A stretch of 45,222 nucleotides of DNA from Octopus sinensis (Eukaryota), in NCBI RefSeq assembly GCF_006345805.1, contig NW_021834818.1:1-45222 (forward strand). Reading direction: 5' to 3'. Positions 24,239-36,244 of this stretch are shown here, one piece after another. Position numbers and translations under genes: made by a program. Each line of letters starts with the position of its first letter. Position 1 is the first letter of the stretch. The notes below the pieces were generated by a model. It was not told the origin of the DNA. It did no database searches and saw only the letters and a list, made by a program, of their open reading frames with translations.

Positions 24239-25325
24239 CTGTAATTTGGGAGAGAATTGGTGAGAAATGGTATAAAAATGATTAGTCACACAATTTTAAA
24301 TACGCATATGTCTAATCAACTGGATGTAGATGTAGAAGAAAAGGAAGTAGAAGTGCAAAAATTAGATGAAGATGAAGATAATGAGGAGTGAAGGTTATGA
24401 TGATATTGATAATGATAACTTGTGACGCTATTGACTGATGAGGAAGATGATGCGAATGATGATGTCGTTTATGATGATGATGATGAGATGATAAGGAGTG
24501 TGGTGTTGAGGACGGTTAAGCACGTTGATGGTCGCGATCATGGCCATGATGCTTATGATGACAATGAAATTATAGAGGTACAAAAAACACAATTTGAAGC
24601 GGAGATTACAAGAAAATTATGAATTGAAATATGCATGTTTAAATCTGCCTCTCTGTCTGCAATTACAAAAATGTTATTGAGTGCAACGAAATTCAGTTTA
24701 CAATTCAGATTCGTCATATTTTTATTTATGTATAGATATATGTATGTGTATATAAGCATTGTATCTTTGCGTTTGCATATATATTACCAACCCAAACTGT
24801 TGCTCCCGCTACATCTGTATATTGAAGGTTTTATCAATGTTAATATAATAGAAACAATTGTAGGCTTTATACTGCGAAATCTAATAAACGCAACTGTCTC
24901 TATATTTATTGTTTGTTATCAAAATGTCTGAATTTTTCCGAATTCTGCCATAGGATATTTCTATTTACTTATCATACAGGAGGAATTCACCTGGATGTGT
25001 ATTCTACTTCTTATTACTGGTGCCAATATTGTTAGATTTGAATCTCTGGATCCCCTTGGTCGTCCTACATGGGATTTCCCCGTATTGGGGAATTTTGTCT
25101 TTAATCGTTAATTGTTACATTGTTCACATAAATTTTTTAAAATGACATCACAAACGTAAACCACAAACACTCAGATCCTTAATCATTTTCGTACCCGCAT
25201 GTACACACACACAGACAAAGTGAACGTTTGTTAGAGAGGATGAAACAGAGAGTGAATATAGACGGGCAGACTTTATATGTAGAAACATACAATTAGATTA
25301 ATAATATCAGGAAGATCAAACTTAC

Positions 25326-25397
25326 AACTTATATAGATTGGTGAGATCTTCGAACAATCCATGTTCAATAATCGCGATTTTATTATTGGCTAGTTTT
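25326..25397 (-). CDS. LRR exon, array copy B (72 bp): KLANNKIAIIEHGLFEDLTNLYKL
   Basis: aaattacag| ... |gtaagt; open frame, phase 2-2. Confidence 0.88.
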
Positions 25398-25814
25398 CTG
25401 TAATTTGAGAGACAATTGGTGAGAAATGGTATAAAAATGATTAGTCACACAATTTTAAATACGCATATGTCTAATCAACTGGATGTAGATGTAGAAGAAA
25501 AGGAAGTAGAAGTGCAAAAATTAGATGAAGGTGAAGATAATGAGGACTGAAGGTTATGATGATATTGATAATGATGGCTTGTGACGCAGTTGACTAATGG
25601 TGAAGATGATGCTAACGATGATATCGTTTATGGTGATGATAATGAGATGATAATGAATGTGGTGTTGAGCATGGTGATGACCGCGTTCATGGCCATGATG
25701 CTTATGACGACAATGAAATTATAGAGGTACAAAAAATAGAATTGGAAGCGGAGATTACAAGAAAATTATGGAGTAAAATATACATATATATATTGTGATG
25801 GATATATATATATA

Positions 25815-26232
25815 TGTCGGTCCCATAGGGGATAATGTTACAGTTGTTTATAGCTCCGGGATCATATCTCCGCTAACTGCCAAAACGACACAGCACTTGT
25901 GTCTTACTTGTATTTGCAAACTAATATCATGGTTCCCGTCTCTGGTTTTACGTAATAAACACAGGCCCTGATTTCTGGGTAGTAACTCGTCATCGAAACA
26001 CGGGTGTGTGTGTATCACGTTAGGCTAGAGATGGCAATGTTTTTTTCCTTTCACATATACTAATCAGACACAGACAGTGTGTCATTAGCCAATTGGAGAA
26101 GATGTTCTCCTGGGGCTATAAAAACTAGAAGCATCGTTCCCTATGGCACTGACACGTTTACGTGGTAAATATACTTTACGATTCCCTGCTACTACTGTTT
26201 ACGTCTCACTCACAGATTTAATATTGCTTTCA
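25815..26232. mobile_element. Candidate solo LTR in (TA)n, unit B
   Basis: ~418 bp, TG...CA termini, flanked by (TA)n, internal TATAAAA; no coding part. Confidence 0.4.
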
Positions 26233-26242
26233 TATATATATC

Positions 26243-26274
<32 letters not shown>

Positions 26275-27558
26275 AAGGGGCGGGCAACAGGTTGCTTAGC
26301 CACATAGCGAAAAATTAGAAATAGCAGACAAAAACTGTTTATTTCTGTTTTCTACTATCAGGGGGGAAGGGCATAAGTTTTGATAAAAAATACAAAAATC
26401 GATTTCAGGTGAGTATGCGATCGATAGAGCTGTGGGAACGTGCATTTGTAAAATCGTTTTTCTTGAAATAGAGTAAAGTCTATCTTTATTTCTTCTTTTG
26501 CTGGAGTCTGAAATTTGGGTTAAATCAGAGTTTCTGAAAGGGAAAGCCTATGAGACGGTCGCACAATATTTTTGAAAAACTTTGGTTTTAATATTTGACA
26601 CCTCAGCACCGTCCATGGGATGGGGGGCGTTGTGTATATATATATATAAATGTATGTATGTATATATACACATATATATACATATAATATATATACACTA
26701 TATATATATATATGTTTGTGACACATGTTTATTTACTATATATATGTATGTGAGACTGTGTATGACTACAAATTGTTTTGTGGTTGTGTGTTGTATATGT
26801 GTGCGTGTGGTGTGTGTGCCTCTCTGTGGGTGTGAGGGAGAGAGAGAGCGAGCGACTGAGAATCTGCATTTTAAATCTGCCTCTCTGTCTGCAATTACAA
26901 AAATGTTATTGAGTGCAACGAAATTCAGTTTACAATTCAGATTCGTCATATTTTTATTTATGTACAGATATATGTGTGTTGTATATAAGCATTGTATCTT
27001 TGTGTTTGCATCTATGTTACCAACCTTAAGTGTTGCTCCGGCTACATCTGTATCTAAAGGTTTTTTAAATATTAATATAATAGAAACAATTGTAGGCTTA
27101 TACTGAGCAAACTAATAAACGCAACTGTCTCTATATTTATCGTTTGTTGTCAAAATGTCTGAATTTTTCCGAATTCTGCCATAGGATATTTCTATTTACT
27201 TATCATACAGGAGGAATTCACCTGGATGTGTATTCTACTTCTTATTCTGGTGCCTAATTGTCGAATATAGTTAGATCTGAATCTCTGGATTCCCCTCGTT
27301 GTCCTACATGGCTTTTCCCTGTATTTGGGGAAATTTGTCTTTAATTGTTAATTGTTACGTTGTTCACATTAATTATATAAATCACATCACAAACGTAAAC
27401 GACAAACACTCATTTCATACCCGCACACACACACACATACACACCACCAGAAAAAGTGAGCGTCTGTTAGAGGGATGAAGAGAGAGCGAAGATAGAAGGG
27501 AAGACAATATATGTAAAACATACAATTAGATTAATAATATCAGGAAGATCAAACTTAC

Positions 27559-27629
27559 AACTTATATAGATTGGTGAGACCTTCAAACAATCCATGTGAA
27601 TAATCGCGATTTTATTATTGGCTAGATTT
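27559..27629 (-). pseudogene. LRR exon, array copy C (71 bp): 1-bp deletion causing a frameshift, or an assembly error
   Basis: Splice sites intact. Plus strand reads ccatgtgaataatc here versus ccatgttcaataatc in copies A/B. Confidence 0.75.
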
Positions 27630-28027
27630 CTGTAAGTTGGAAGAGAATTGGTGAGAAATGGTATAAAAATGATTAGTCACACAATTTTAAATACGCATAT
27701 GTCTAATCAACTGGATGTAGATGTAGAAGAAAAGGAAGTAGGAGTGCAAAAATTAGATGAAGTTGAAGATAATGAGAAGTGAAGATTATGATGATATTGA
27801 TAATGATGGCTTGTGACGCAGTTGACTGATGGTGAAGATGATGCTAATGCTGATGTCGTTTGTGATGATGAGATGATAATGAATGTGGTGTTGAGGACGG
27901 TGATGGTCGCGTTCATGGCCATGATGCTTATGACGAAAATGAAATTAAAGAGGTGCAAAAAAACAGAATTTGAAGCGGAGATAACAAGGAAAATTATGAA
28001 GTGAAAATATACATATATATATGTGAA

Positions 28028-28084
<57 letters not shown>

Positions 28085-28088
<4 letters not shown>

Positions 28089-28492
28089 GGTCCTTAGGGG
28101 ATAATGCTACTGTGTTTATAGCCGGGATGATATCTCCGCTAGCTGCCAAAACGACACACCACTTGTGTCTTACTTGTATTTGCGAACTAATATTATGGTT
28201 CTCGTCTCTGGTTTTACGTAATAAACACAGGCCCTGATTTCATGGTAGTAACTCGTCATCGAAACACGGGTGCGTGTGTATCACGTTAGGCTAGAGATGG
28301 CAATGTGTTTTTCTTTCACAAATATTAATCAGACACAGACAGTGTGTCATTAGCAAAGTGGAGAAGATGTCATCCTGGGGCTATAAAAACTAGAAGCATC
28401 GTTCCTATGGCACTGATACGTTTAGTGATAAATATACTTTACGATTCCCTGCTACTACTGTTTACGTCTCACTCACAGGTTTAATATTGCTT

Positions 28493-28496
<4 letters not shown>
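28085..28496. mobile_element. Candidate solo LTR in (TA)n, unit C
   Basis: TGT...ACA termini; paralogue of 25815-26232. Confidence 0.42.
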
Positions 28497-28526
<30 letters not shown>

Positions 28527-28969
28527 GGGGCGGGCAACAGGTTGCTTAGTCACATAGTGAAAAATTAGAAATAGCAGTCAAAAACTGTTTATTTCTGTTT
28601 TCTACTATCAGGAGGTGGGTATAAGTTTTGAAAAAATTACAAAGATCGATTTCAGGTGAGCTGTGCGATTCGATAGAGCTGTGCGAAAGTGCATTTGTAA
28701 AATCATTTTTCTTGGAATAGAAAAAAGTCTATCTTTATTCTTCTTTAGCTGGTGTCTGAAATTTGGGTTAAATCAGTGTTTCTCAAAGGGAGGGAGGCCG
28801 ATGGGACGTTCGGACAAGTTTTTTGAAAAACTTTGGTTTTAGTTTTTGACACCTCAGCACCGTCCATGGGATGAGGTGGCCTTGTATATATATATATATA
28901 TATGTAATATATATATATAATATATAATATATATTATATATAATATATATAATATATATTATTTATATA

Positions 28970-29027
<58 letters not shown>

Positions 29028-29176
29028 TATATTATATATAATATATATATATACACACATATGTATACATATATATAGATAAATATACATCTATATTATG
29101 TTTGTGACACATGTATATTTACATATATATATATGTATGTCAGCATGTGTATGACTACAAACTGCTTTGTGGTGTG

Positions 29177-29208
<32 letters not shown>

Positions 29209-29958
29209 CGAGAGAGAGAGAGTCTGCATGTTTAAATCTGCCTCTCTCTCTGCAATTACAAAAATGTTATTGAATGCAACAAAATTCAGTTTACAATTCA
29301 GATTCGTCATTTTTCATTTATGTATAGTTATATGTATGTGTATATAAGCATTGTATCTTTGCGTTTGCATCTATATTACCAACCCAAACTGTTGCTCCCG
29401 CTACATCTGTATACTAAAGGTTTTATCAATGTTAATAAAATAGAAACAATTGTAGGCTTTATACTGCGAAATCTAATAAACGCAACTGTCTCTATATTTA
29501 TCGTTTGTTGTCAAAATGTCTGAATTTTCCAGAATTCTGCCATAGGATATTTCAATTTACTTATCATACAGGAGGAATTCACTTGGGTGTGTATTCTACT
29601 TCTTATTACTGGTGCCTAATTGTCGAATATAGTTAGATCTGAATCTCTGGATTCCCCTCGTTGTCCTACATGACTTTCCCCGAATCGGGAATTTTGTCTT
29701 TAATTGTTAATTGTTACGTTGTTCACATTAATTTTATATAAATCACATCACAATTCAAAACCACAAACACTCATATTCTTAATTATTTTCATACCCGCCC
29801 GCGCGCACACACAACACACGCGCACACACACACGCGCATACACACAGACAAATTGAAAGTCTGATAGAGAGGATGAAAGAGAAAGCGAAGATAGAAGGGA
29901 AGACATTATATAGTAGAATATACAATTAGATTAATAATATCAGGAAGATCAAACTTAC

Positions 29959-30030
29959 AAATTGTATAATTTGGTGAGACCTACGAACGATCCATGTTCG
30001 ATGATCGCGATTTTATTATTGACTAGAATT
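29959..30030 (-). CDS. LRR exon, array copy D (72 bp): ILVNNKIAIIEHGSFVGLTKLYNL
   Basis: caacttacag| ... |gtaagt; open frame, phase 2-2. Confidence 0.88.
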
Positions 30031-30443
30031 CTGTAAGTTGAAAAAGTATGTGAGAAATGGTATAAAAATGATTAGTCACACAAATTTAAATACGCATATG
30101 TCTAATAAACTGCATGTAGATGTGGAAGAAAAGGAAGTCGGAGTGCAAAAATTAGATGAAATGAAGAGAAATGAGGAGTGAAGGTTATGATGATATTGAT
30201 AATGATGGCTTGTGACGCAGTTGACTGATGGTGACGATGATGCTAATGATGATGTCGTTTATGATGATGATGATGAGATGATAATGAGTGTGGTGTTGAG
30301 CACGTTGGTGGTCGCGTTCATGGCCATGATGCTTATGACGACAATGAAATATAAGAAGTACAAAATAGGATTGAAGCGGAGATTACAAGAAAAATATGAA
30401 GTGAAAAATACATATATATATTGTGAAGGATATATATAATATA

Positions 30444-30845
30444 TGTCGGTCCCATAGGGGATAATGCTACTGTGTTTATAGCTCCGGAATATCTCCGCTA
30501 GCTGTCAAAACGACACACACTTGTGCCTTACGTGTATTTGCGAACTAATATCATGGTTCCCGTCTCTGGTTTTACGTAATAAACCAAGGCCCTGATTTCT
30601 GGGTAGTTAACTCGTCATCGAAACCTGGGGGTGTGGTATCACGTCAGGCTAGAGATGGCAATGTTTTCCTTTCGCAATACTAATCAGACACAGACAGTGT
30701 GTCATTAGCCAAGTGGAGAAGAGATCTCCTGAGGCTATAAAAAGAAGAAGCATCCTTCACTATGGGACTGATACGTTACGTGTAAATATACTTTACGATT
30801 CGTGCCACTACTGTTTACGTTCTCACAGATTTAATATTGCTCTTA
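30444..30845. mobile_element. Candidate solo LTR in (TA)n, unit D (more diverged)
   Basis: Paralogue of the B/C copies with many small indels. Confidence 0.35.
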
Positions 30846-30850
30846 TATAT

Positions 30851-30907
<57 letters not shown>

Positions 30908-31292
30908 GAGAGCGAGAGAGAGAGAGAGAGATAGATATATAAAGGGGCAGGCACAGGTTGCTTAGCCACACATCCGAAAAATTAGAAATATCGGTCAAAA
31001 AACTGTTTATTTGTATTTTACTATCAGGGCATGCATAAGTTTTGAAAAAATTACAAAGATCGTTTCAGGTTTGTGTATGCGATCGATAAAGCCGTGGGAA
31101 CGTGCATTTGCAAAAATCGTTTTTCTTGGAATAGAAAAAAGTCTATCTTATTTCTTCTTTTGCTGGTTGTCTGAAATTTGGGTTAAATCAGTGTTTCTCA
31201 AAGGGGAGGCCTAGGGACGGTCGGACATGTTTTTGAAACACTTTGGTTTAATGTTTGACACCCCAGCACCGTCCATGGGAGGGGGGGGTTTG

Positions 31293-31325
<33 letters not shown>

Positions 31326-31327
<2 letters not shown>

Positions 31328-31500
31328 TACCGGAGTAAACACATAAATGTGAAACAAGGTGGAAAAAAGGTACTCAAATACCAGTGGTAGAGAGAATATG
31401 CTTTATTTAAAGCAGCAGAAAATTCAACAAACCTGTTACTCTGAGTTTCACGTTGCCGTTCTTCGGACAGTTTTTGCTAGAATAGAACCGATACGTCAAT
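31326..31500 (-). mobile_element. Possible Penelope-like terminal fragment
   Basis: Minus strand ctgtccgaagaacggcaacgtgaaactc resembles PLE terminal-repeat motifs; no coding evidence. Confidence 0.3.
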
Positions 31501-31614
31501 TCTATCCAGACTAGTATAAACGCTACACCTTTGAAAATTGACTTGTTTGATTGGTCCTTTACAAATAACTGTGAATTTTCGAGTGATAAACAAAAAGGAG
31601 CTCAAAAATATATA

Positions 31615-34297
31615 TATCACCCAGGCATGTTTGAAGACTGCCTAACAAAAATAGAAGAAGTCCTCACAAACCTTGAACAACACTTCATGGGTGACATTAA
31701 CTTCCCCAATGTGGAATGGCCTGGGGCGGGGCAGATGCTCCCAGTGATGACACACCATCAGCAGGCACAGGCAGAGTCCCTGCTCCATCTCACAAATGCC
31801 TCTTTCATGGAGCAAATAGCTCTGCAACCAACAAGGGCAGATAATATACTTCACAAACAATATGTATATTATCCATAATGTTAAAGTGATGCCGACAATG
31901 AGCTCGGATCACAACATAATAGAGCTGTCTATGTATGGACCAAAAGCCCCCGTAGACACACAGCCTATACGAAGCATCCACCATCTCTCCAACTTAAACT
32001 TTCATAAAGCAAACTGGAAGTTGATTGCGAAAGAGATCCTCAAACAGGATTGGCCTAAATGTCTCTCCACACTGGACATTAACATGAAGCACAAACACTT
32101 CATGTCCATAATACAAGCCATATGTGACAAATATGTCCCAGTGTACAGGGCCAGCACACACAAAAACAAAAACAGGATCCCTAGAGAAAGGAGGATTCTT
32201 ATGAGACGACGGACAATGATTGCGAACCGCCTGAGCAAGCACACCAAAGGTGGTGAGAAGTCTCGGCTCGAGAGAATGCTAATGGAAATTGAGAAAGTCT
32301 GCATCAATCTCATGAAAAGGAGAGAGCAGATAAAGAAGTTTGGGTAATAGAAAATATAAAATCAAACCCTAAAGCTTTCTTTACGTTTGCCAAAGAGACA
32401 GCCACAGTGCACCAGAGAATAGGACCTCTCTTCCAAAAAGATGGCTCTCTCACAGGAAACCCCACGAGGATAAGTGAAATACTGAACGAACATTTCCAAA
32501 GTGTGTTCACTACATCTCTAGGACACAGGCAAGTAAACAACCCAGAAGAATTCTTTGCCACTTTACCTGCGTCCAAAGAGGCAAAAATTGAGTACATCAA
32601 CATTGAAGATGATGATATCACACTAGCCATAGATGAGATTGACACAAACTCAGCTGCTGGACCTGATGGATTTCCAGCGATCCTTCTCAAATCGTGCAAA
32701 CGAGCCCTTGCAAAACCGCTACAGCTTCTTTTTCAGAGCTTCCTTGCAAGTGGTAAGCTCCCAGTCAAATTGAAAGAGGGTGTAGTATGCCCTATCCATA
32801 AGGGAGGTAGCAGAGCAGATGCTGAAAATTATAGGCCTTTCTCTCTGACCTCACACATCAGCAAAGTCATGGAACGAATAGTCCGCAAGAAACTAATCAT
32901 GTTCCTTGAAGAAAATGACTTGCTATCTGACACCCAGCATGGATTTCGGCCAGGCAGAAGCTGCTTAACAAAGCTCCTGCAACACTATGACTGGGTGTTA
33001 AAACAGCTACTAAATGGCTCAAATGTGGATGTAATATATCTCGACTTTGCAAAGGCCTTTGATAAAGTCGACCATGGTATGATCTGTCACAAACTGCGTG
33101 GTCACGGCATAGGCGGAAAACTTGGAGAGTGGCTGCACAACTTCCTAAAAGACAGAAGACAGGCAGTTGTGAGCAATGGAGCCACTTCCAAGGAAACACC
33201 AATAACAAGCGGTGTTCCACAGGGCACTGTCTTGGGGCCACTGCTGTTCATAGTGGCCCTTTCAGACATGCCTTCAGTTGCTACGATGGCCACCCTTGCT
33301 AGCTATGCAGATGACACAAAAATCTCCCACACAATACAAAACCCTGAAAATATTGCGCATCTGCAACAGGAGTTGGATAAAATATACAGGTAGGCGGAGG
33401 ACAACAACATGCAGTTTAATGCAGGTACGTTCCAGGCCTTGCGTTACCGTCACACAAAGGTAAACGACGTGCAGACTGGATACACTGGCCCAGGAAGAAT
33501 TGCAATCCCTGAGTCAAAATCAGTGCCTGACCTGGGCATTGACATGAGCAATGATGCATCTTTCCAAGTGCATATTACTAATCTGGTGATAAAATGCAAA
33601 TGGCCAGCTGGATGGATTCTCCGAACTTTCAGAACAAGAGAGAAGGAGACACTGATGGTCCTCTGGAAAACATTCGTCCTCAGCCGCTTGGACTACTGCT
33701 CCCAACTATGGTCACCACACAATATAAAACTAACAGCAGAACTTGAAGCAATTCAGAGAAGCTACAAAGAAGATTGTCTCAATGTAAAATATCAGCTACT
33801 GTGAAAGACTGAAAGTATTAAACCTCTTCTCCCTAGAGTGGAGGCGGGAGAGATATGCGGTGATATACACATCAGGAAAATCCTGGAGGGTCTTGTCCCA
33901 AACTTTGGCATTCAAAGTTACCCCAACCGCAGAACGGGGCGCCACTGCATGGTGCCAAAGATTCCAACATCACCATCAAAATACAGGTCCAGATACTGCA
34001 ACAGCTTGGGTTTTAGAGGACCACAGCTCTTTAACATCCTCCCTAAATGCCTAAGACACTTACATGGTGTGGATGTGGGTTTCTTTAAAACTAAACTGGA
34101 TCTCTTCTTGTCGGGAGTCCCAGATGAACCTACCACGACAGGAGACGCAGATGCGGGCAGCAGTATCGAACTCCCTTGTTGATCAAGTGCCACGTATCAG
34201 AGGTGGATTCACATATTAGTGTAGCTCATTCAGCGGTGGTGCCCCAGCATGGCCGCGGCCTTCGGGATAAAACATTTTTAAGGATTTTAAGGATTTT
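31615..34297 (+). mobile_element. 5'-truncated CR1/L2-group LINE (partial APE, RT, 3' short tandem tail)
   Basis: GDINFPNVEW, SDHNII, AAGPDG, NYRPFSLTS, YLDFAKAFDKVDH, GVPQGTVLGPLLF, YADD; ends in (ttttaagga)2; several stops and frameshifts. Confidence 0.92.
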
Positions 34298-35329
34298 ATA
34301 TATATAAATAAAAAATATAAAATTCGAGGAAAAACCTTTTATTGAATAAAATACATATTGTCATTAATAAAGTAAATATAATTAATACATGGAAATTGAG
34401 ATTAAAATGTTAAAATGCATTAAAATATTACACGGCAGTACATATTCATATTAAACTATACATATATACATCAACATACACAGATAGATGCGTGCAGACC
34501 GCATACATATACAGACGTATAAATATAAAGCTAAAATATACACACAAATGCATGTACACATATGCATACGCAATCTAGTTCGCACGCAAAACCACTGTAT
34601 CTATAAAGACTATAAGCTAAAATCATGGATGGGGAAGGGGCGTTCTTATTTACGATATAAAGTTGAAGACATGGGTAAGGGAAGGGGGGACGTAAAGTTA
34701 CAGGACTCTACAAGTAACGGAAAGTAAGATAGAGAAAACACGAAAGAAAGGAAGAGAGAGAAAAAAGAGAAGAGAGAGAAAAAAGAAGGAAAAGAGTGGG
34801 GACGGAAAACGAAAGAAGAAAAATTATGTATACAAACTTCGTAATCACATATACTGACACATATATATAGAGACAAGTACGCAAACACACAAGTTCAAGT
34901 GGATACATACACATACAATCGTGTATGTATGTGCTTAAGTACAAACATACGCTCACTTACACATATACAAAGACGTATACTTACAAATACATATTCGTGG
35001 CTATACACATATTTACATCAAAATGCCTAGGTTCTGACAACATTGCTTTTTAAAAATGGTGAGTGTAATAATAAAAATTATACGAAAGACATGTAAAATA
35101 TAACACCCTATTTCGGATCATCTATAAATTAAATATCAAAGTAAGCCTATACAATATAATAACATGAAATAAACTAAGTCGAAGGTATTTCCTAAGGAAT
35201 ATGTAGAAATATTAACAAAATAAACAAAATATATGCACGAGACTTTGCTATACGGAATGAAATCTGCATAGCGCGAAACAAATCCATCGGTGCGTTTACA
35301 GACTAGTCCAAGAATCAAAAATCAAAATT

Positions 35330-36243
35330 TCAAAATTCAAAACTACAAAACAAACAAAATATACTCTATCCATATGCCACATTTATGTTTGACATTTTAA
35401 ATTTGGTTGCGTGCCTGCATAAGTTCATCAGCTCACTTCTTTGATTCAAAGAATTATTGTCTTTGAATAAAATATACAGTTTCTCTAACAGGCAAAGATT
35501 GCACTTAAAATTTTTTTCTTATGCGCTCCATGTCTGTATGGTACCGTTCTGTCCAGAATGCTCCATGTCACGTTGAAAGGTGGTGTTTCCTTTTCTTTTA
35601 GTTCCCAAACATATTTTGCTAGGCTGGTCCTCTTCCTATTTTCTGGGTATCTAAATGGATTTTTATGCGAATAAAATCGCGTTTTAAATGAATTTTCTGA
35701 AGCCCCTGTATAGGTCTAGTATTCCGATGAGCCTTCTATTTGTACCTTGGCTCTATAAACGATCCCTTTTACTAGACATTTCCCTCCCAACGGACAGGAG
35801 GATTCATTTTTGAAATTGCATTTCTTGAGGGGCTCGGCACCATGCTTAATATCAATCAGATTCCTATTATGCTGGCTAATATAAGAGGCGAAATTTCTGC
35901 AACAAGAATAGCTAACCTTAAGGGTTCTTTTATTAAATATTCTTTAGAATTTAAGGTCCAGCTTAAAATGCCTAGAGACTAATTTCAAAAATTCCTTACC
36001 TATATTAGTCTTTACGGCCAAATTGAAAGCCGGGTTGAACCACAAAACTTTCCTTCGCGCAGCATTATTACCAGCATTAAGCTGGTTGTACTGGATCTTC
36101 TCAGAGAATCCACCATTCCTTAATGCGCTATCGTAATACGGTGCAGTATTATGGAATGCTGCCTCATCCGAAGAAATTGAAGATATTCTTCTACCTACAT
36201 TGCTGACTAAGTTCCTAAGGATAACTGGCGGATAACTGCAATG
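35330..36243 (-). mobile_element. Penelope-like element remnant (RT thumb, linker, GIY-YIG endonuclease)
   Basis: SYPPVILRNL...YDSALRNGGF, RKVLWFNP...KTNIGKEFLKL, CN..CPLGGKCL..VYRA..YTG..FKTRFYSH..TSLAKYVW, CNLCLLEK. Confidence 0.8.
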
Positions 36244-36244
36244 G

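Larger units (their letters stand above)
23280..31295. repeat. Intragenic tandem array of four exon-bearing units (A-D)
   Basis: Block aaatctgcctctct(g/c)tctgc recurs near 23475, 24641, 26874 and 29236. Exon spacing is 1159, 2233 and 2400 bp. Confidence 0.95.

Noticed and set aside
24278-24390. Small acidic plus-strand ORF (MISHTILNTHMSNQLDVDVEEKEVEVQKLDEDEDNEE*) kept at the same length in all four units, downstream of TATAAAA
   Set aside because: It lies in GAA/GAT-rich low-complexity sequence on the antisense strand of an intron, the units are recent copies, and the frame is broken in the older paralogue near 39920. The local conservation is better explained by the branch point.
26340-26415. 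Plus-strand exon-like segment (ttctactatcag...CAG|gtgagt) in units B-D
   Set aside because: Length and frame differ between copies, the donor is lost in D, and there is no coherent protein.
23280-31295. Array considered as a CRISPR-like locus or an snRNA/tRNA/rRNA gene cluster
   Set aside because: Units are kilobase-scale with no short repeat-spacer pattern and no recognisable structural RNA; the conserved core is a spliced LRR exon.
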